This document shows, piece after piece, positions 14,467-16,304 of a stretch of 16,304 nucleotides of DNA (position 1 is its first letter; each line of letters begins with the position of its first letter). Under the pieces are notes generated by a model that was not told the origin of the DNA, made no database searches, and worked only from the letters and a program-made list of their open reading frames with translations. This stretch comes from Candidatus Methylomirabilia bacterium (GTDB lineage: Bacteria; Methylomirabilota; Methylomirabilia; Rokubacteriales; CSP1-6), in the NCBI GenBank assembly GCA_041496385.1, contig JBGQEL010000092.1:1-16304 (forward strand), read 5' to 3'. A program made the translations under genes and the position numbers.

Positions 14467-16303
14467 CGGCCGGCGACGGCGGCTGGCCCGTGATGGGCAG
14501 GGTGAACAGGAACGCGACGCCGCCGCCCGGCAGGTTCTGGGCCCAGATCCGGCCGCCGTGGGCGCGCACGACGCCCTGGCAGATCGCGAGCCCGAGCCCG
14601 GCGCCCCGGCCGTCCCCCGGCTGTCCTCGGTAGAACTTCTCGAACACCCGGTCCTCCTCGCCGCGCGGCAGACCGGGCCCGTGGTCCGCGACCTCGACGG
14701 TGGCGGCGCGGTCGGTCGCGGTCGCGATGATGTCGATCGGGCTGCCGGATGGCGTGTACTTGATCGCGTTGTCGAGGAGGTTGACGAGCACTTGCTCGAC
14801 GAGCACGTCGTCCATGGGCACCAGCGGCAACTCGGGCGGCACCCGGGTGGTGACGCGCCGGGTGCCGAGCCGCTTGCCGATGCGGCCGAGCGCCGCGCCG
14901 ATGACCTCCTCCAGCGAATGCCAGTCCCGCTTCAGCTCGAGGGCGCCCGATTCGAGCCGCGTCATCTCGAGCAGGTTCTGGACGAGGCGGTTCAGGCGCT
15001 CGCCCTCGTCGCGCACCGACTCGAGCAGCTCACGACGCGTCTGCTCGTCGAGTCGCGAGCCGTTCTCGAGGATCGTGCTGACCGCCCCGGTGATCGTGGC
15101 GAGCGGCGTCCGGAGGTCGTGCGAGACCGAGCTGAGCAGCGAGTTGCGCAGCCGCTCCGTCTCGATCCGGACCAGCGCTTCCTGGGCCTCGTCGGCGAGC
15201 CGCGCCCGCTCGATGGCGAGCGCGGTCTGGTTGGCGAACGTCTCGAGCTGGTGGAGCTGCTCCGGTGCGTCCAGGGCGTGGCGGTCGGCGGGGCGGACGC
15301 CGAGCACGCCCACCGGTCCGCGCGGCGCGATCAGCGGCAGATAGAGCGCGGAGGCGCCGGGCAGCGTCGTCGTGCCGAGCCCGGCGAGCTGCCGATGCTC
15401 GTAGACCCACCGGGCGACACCGAGCTCGTTACCGTCCAGCGAAGACTGACCGCCGCTCCAGGGAACGAGGCCGCCGTCGGCGCCCGGCAGCAGCACGACC
15501 ACCTGGCTCTTGAAGACCTCGCCGAGGTGCCGCACGGCGATCTTCAGCAGCTCGTCCACGCCTCGCGTGCTCGCCAGCTCCCGGCTCATCGCGTAGAGCG
15601 CCGCCGTCCGCTCCTCGCGGCCGCGGGCGGTCGACGCCTGGGTGCGGACGCGGACGGTCAGGCCGCTGATCACGAACCCCACGACCAGCATCACCGCGAA
15701 GGTGAAGACGTGCCGCGCGTCGGAGACCGCGAACGTGAAGTACGGCGGCACGAAGAAGAAGTCGAGCGCGGCAACGCTGAGGACCGACGCCAGCGCCGAC
15801 GGACCGCGGCCGCGGCGCATCGCGACCCCGACGATCCCGAGCAGGTACGCCATGATCAGGTCGGCCAGCTCGAAGAGCGGGAACATGAGCCACGCCACGC
15901 CCGTCGTGAGGGCCACGATCGCCACGGCGAGCCCGTAGGCCGGCCAGTCGATCGGCAGCTCCCGCCGGCGGACGGGCGCGAGCGGGGCGGCGTCCTCGCG
16001 CCCGCCGCTGACGACCTCGATGTCGATGTCGCCGCTGCCCTGGACGAGCGCGTCCACGATCGAGCCGATGAGGATGCGCTTCCAGAGCGCGCGCCGGGGC
16101 TTGCCCACGACGATCTTGCTCACGTTGCGGTCGCGCGCGAAGGCCAGGATCGCCTCGCTCATGGTCTGCCCGGGGAGGGTCACGGTTTCGGCGCCGAGCT
16201 GCTCGGCCAGCCGGAGCGTCTGCGTCACGCTCTCGCGCGCCGCGGCCGGCAGACGGAGCTGCGCCGGCGTCTCGACGTAGGCGACGATCCACGGAGCGCC
16301 GAG
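14459..16303 (-). CDS. kdpD: KdpD sensor histidine kinase (5' part beyond window)
   Basis: The frame is open to the window edge (LGAPWIVAYVETP, Usp domain). Four TM segments with DFFFVPPYFTF, GAF domain, H-box ERLRNSLLSSVSHDLRTPL, N/G boxes NLLDNAIKY and GAGLGLAIC; overlaps the kdpE start. Confidence 0.96.
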   Translation of the reverse strand, partial: LGAPWIVAYVETPAQLRLPAAARESVTQTLRLAEQLGAETVTLPGQTMSEAILAFARDRNVSKIVVGKPRRALWKRILIGSIVDALVQGSGDIDIEVVSGGREDAAPLAPVRRRELPIDWPAYGLAVAIVALTTGVAWLMFPLFELADLIMAYLLGIVGVAMRRGRGPSALASVLSVAALDFFFVPPYFTFAVSDARHVFTFAVMLVVGFVISGLTVRVRTQASTARGREERTAALYAMSRELASTRGVDELLKIAVRHLGEVFKSQVVVLLPGADGGLVPWSGGQSSLDGNELGVARWVYEHRQLAGLGTTTLPGASALYLPLIAPRGPVGVLGVRPADRHALDAPEQLHQLETFANQTALAIERARLADEAQEALVRIETERLRNSLLSSVSHDLRTPLATITGAVSTILENGSRLDEQTRRELLESVRDEGERLNRLVQNLLEMTRLESGALELKRDWHSLEEVIGAALGRIGKRLGTRRVTTRVPPELPLVPMDDVLVEQVLVNLLDNAIKYTPSGSPIDIIATATDRAATVEVADHGPGLPRGEEDRVFEKFYRGQPGDGRGAGLGLAICQGVVRAHGGRIWAQNLPGGGVAFLFTLPITGQPPSPADG

Positions 16304-16304
16304 C

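Noticed and set aside
13774..16304. kdpDE without kdpFABC
   Set aside because: The kdp structural genes normally lie upstream of kdpD, which is outside the window; absence cannot be claimed.
1..16304. CRISPR arrays, rRNA, canonical tRNA, IS/transposase or integrase genes
   Set aside because: None seen by eye. The many long alternative ORFs are the expected stop-poor shadow frames of high-GC DNA.

Overview
High-GC bacterial genomic window. The gene style suggests Ca. Rokubacteria/Methylomirabilota, which is an unverified inference. It splits into two parts at about 1646/1647. Left (1-1646) looks like the end of an accessory or integrated element: a 91-aa basic hypothetical ORF translationally coupled to a HerA/FtsK-like (DUF87-type) ATPase that runs off the left edge and is missing from the ORF track. 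Right (1647-16304) looks like ordinary chromosome. It begins with the pristine 3' half of a sigma54-dependent NtrC/Fis-family activator gene cut exactly at the Walker B codons (FLDEIG), with an imperfect dyad centred on the breakpoint. Next is a minus-strand run of FAH-family hydrolase, apgM, mgtE, PmtA-like methyltransferase and alpha/beta hydrolase. Then come a small exported protein, a CusF-like protein and a cytochrome c; a CUT1 sugar ABC binding protein and two permeases with no ATPase; a His-less exported cupin; an exported beta-propeller; and kdpE with partial kdpD. The best candidate for a new system is an element integrated into the AAA+ coding region of a sigma54 activator, possibly an excision-controlled regulatory switch. 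Misassembly or simple deletion remain alternative explanations.
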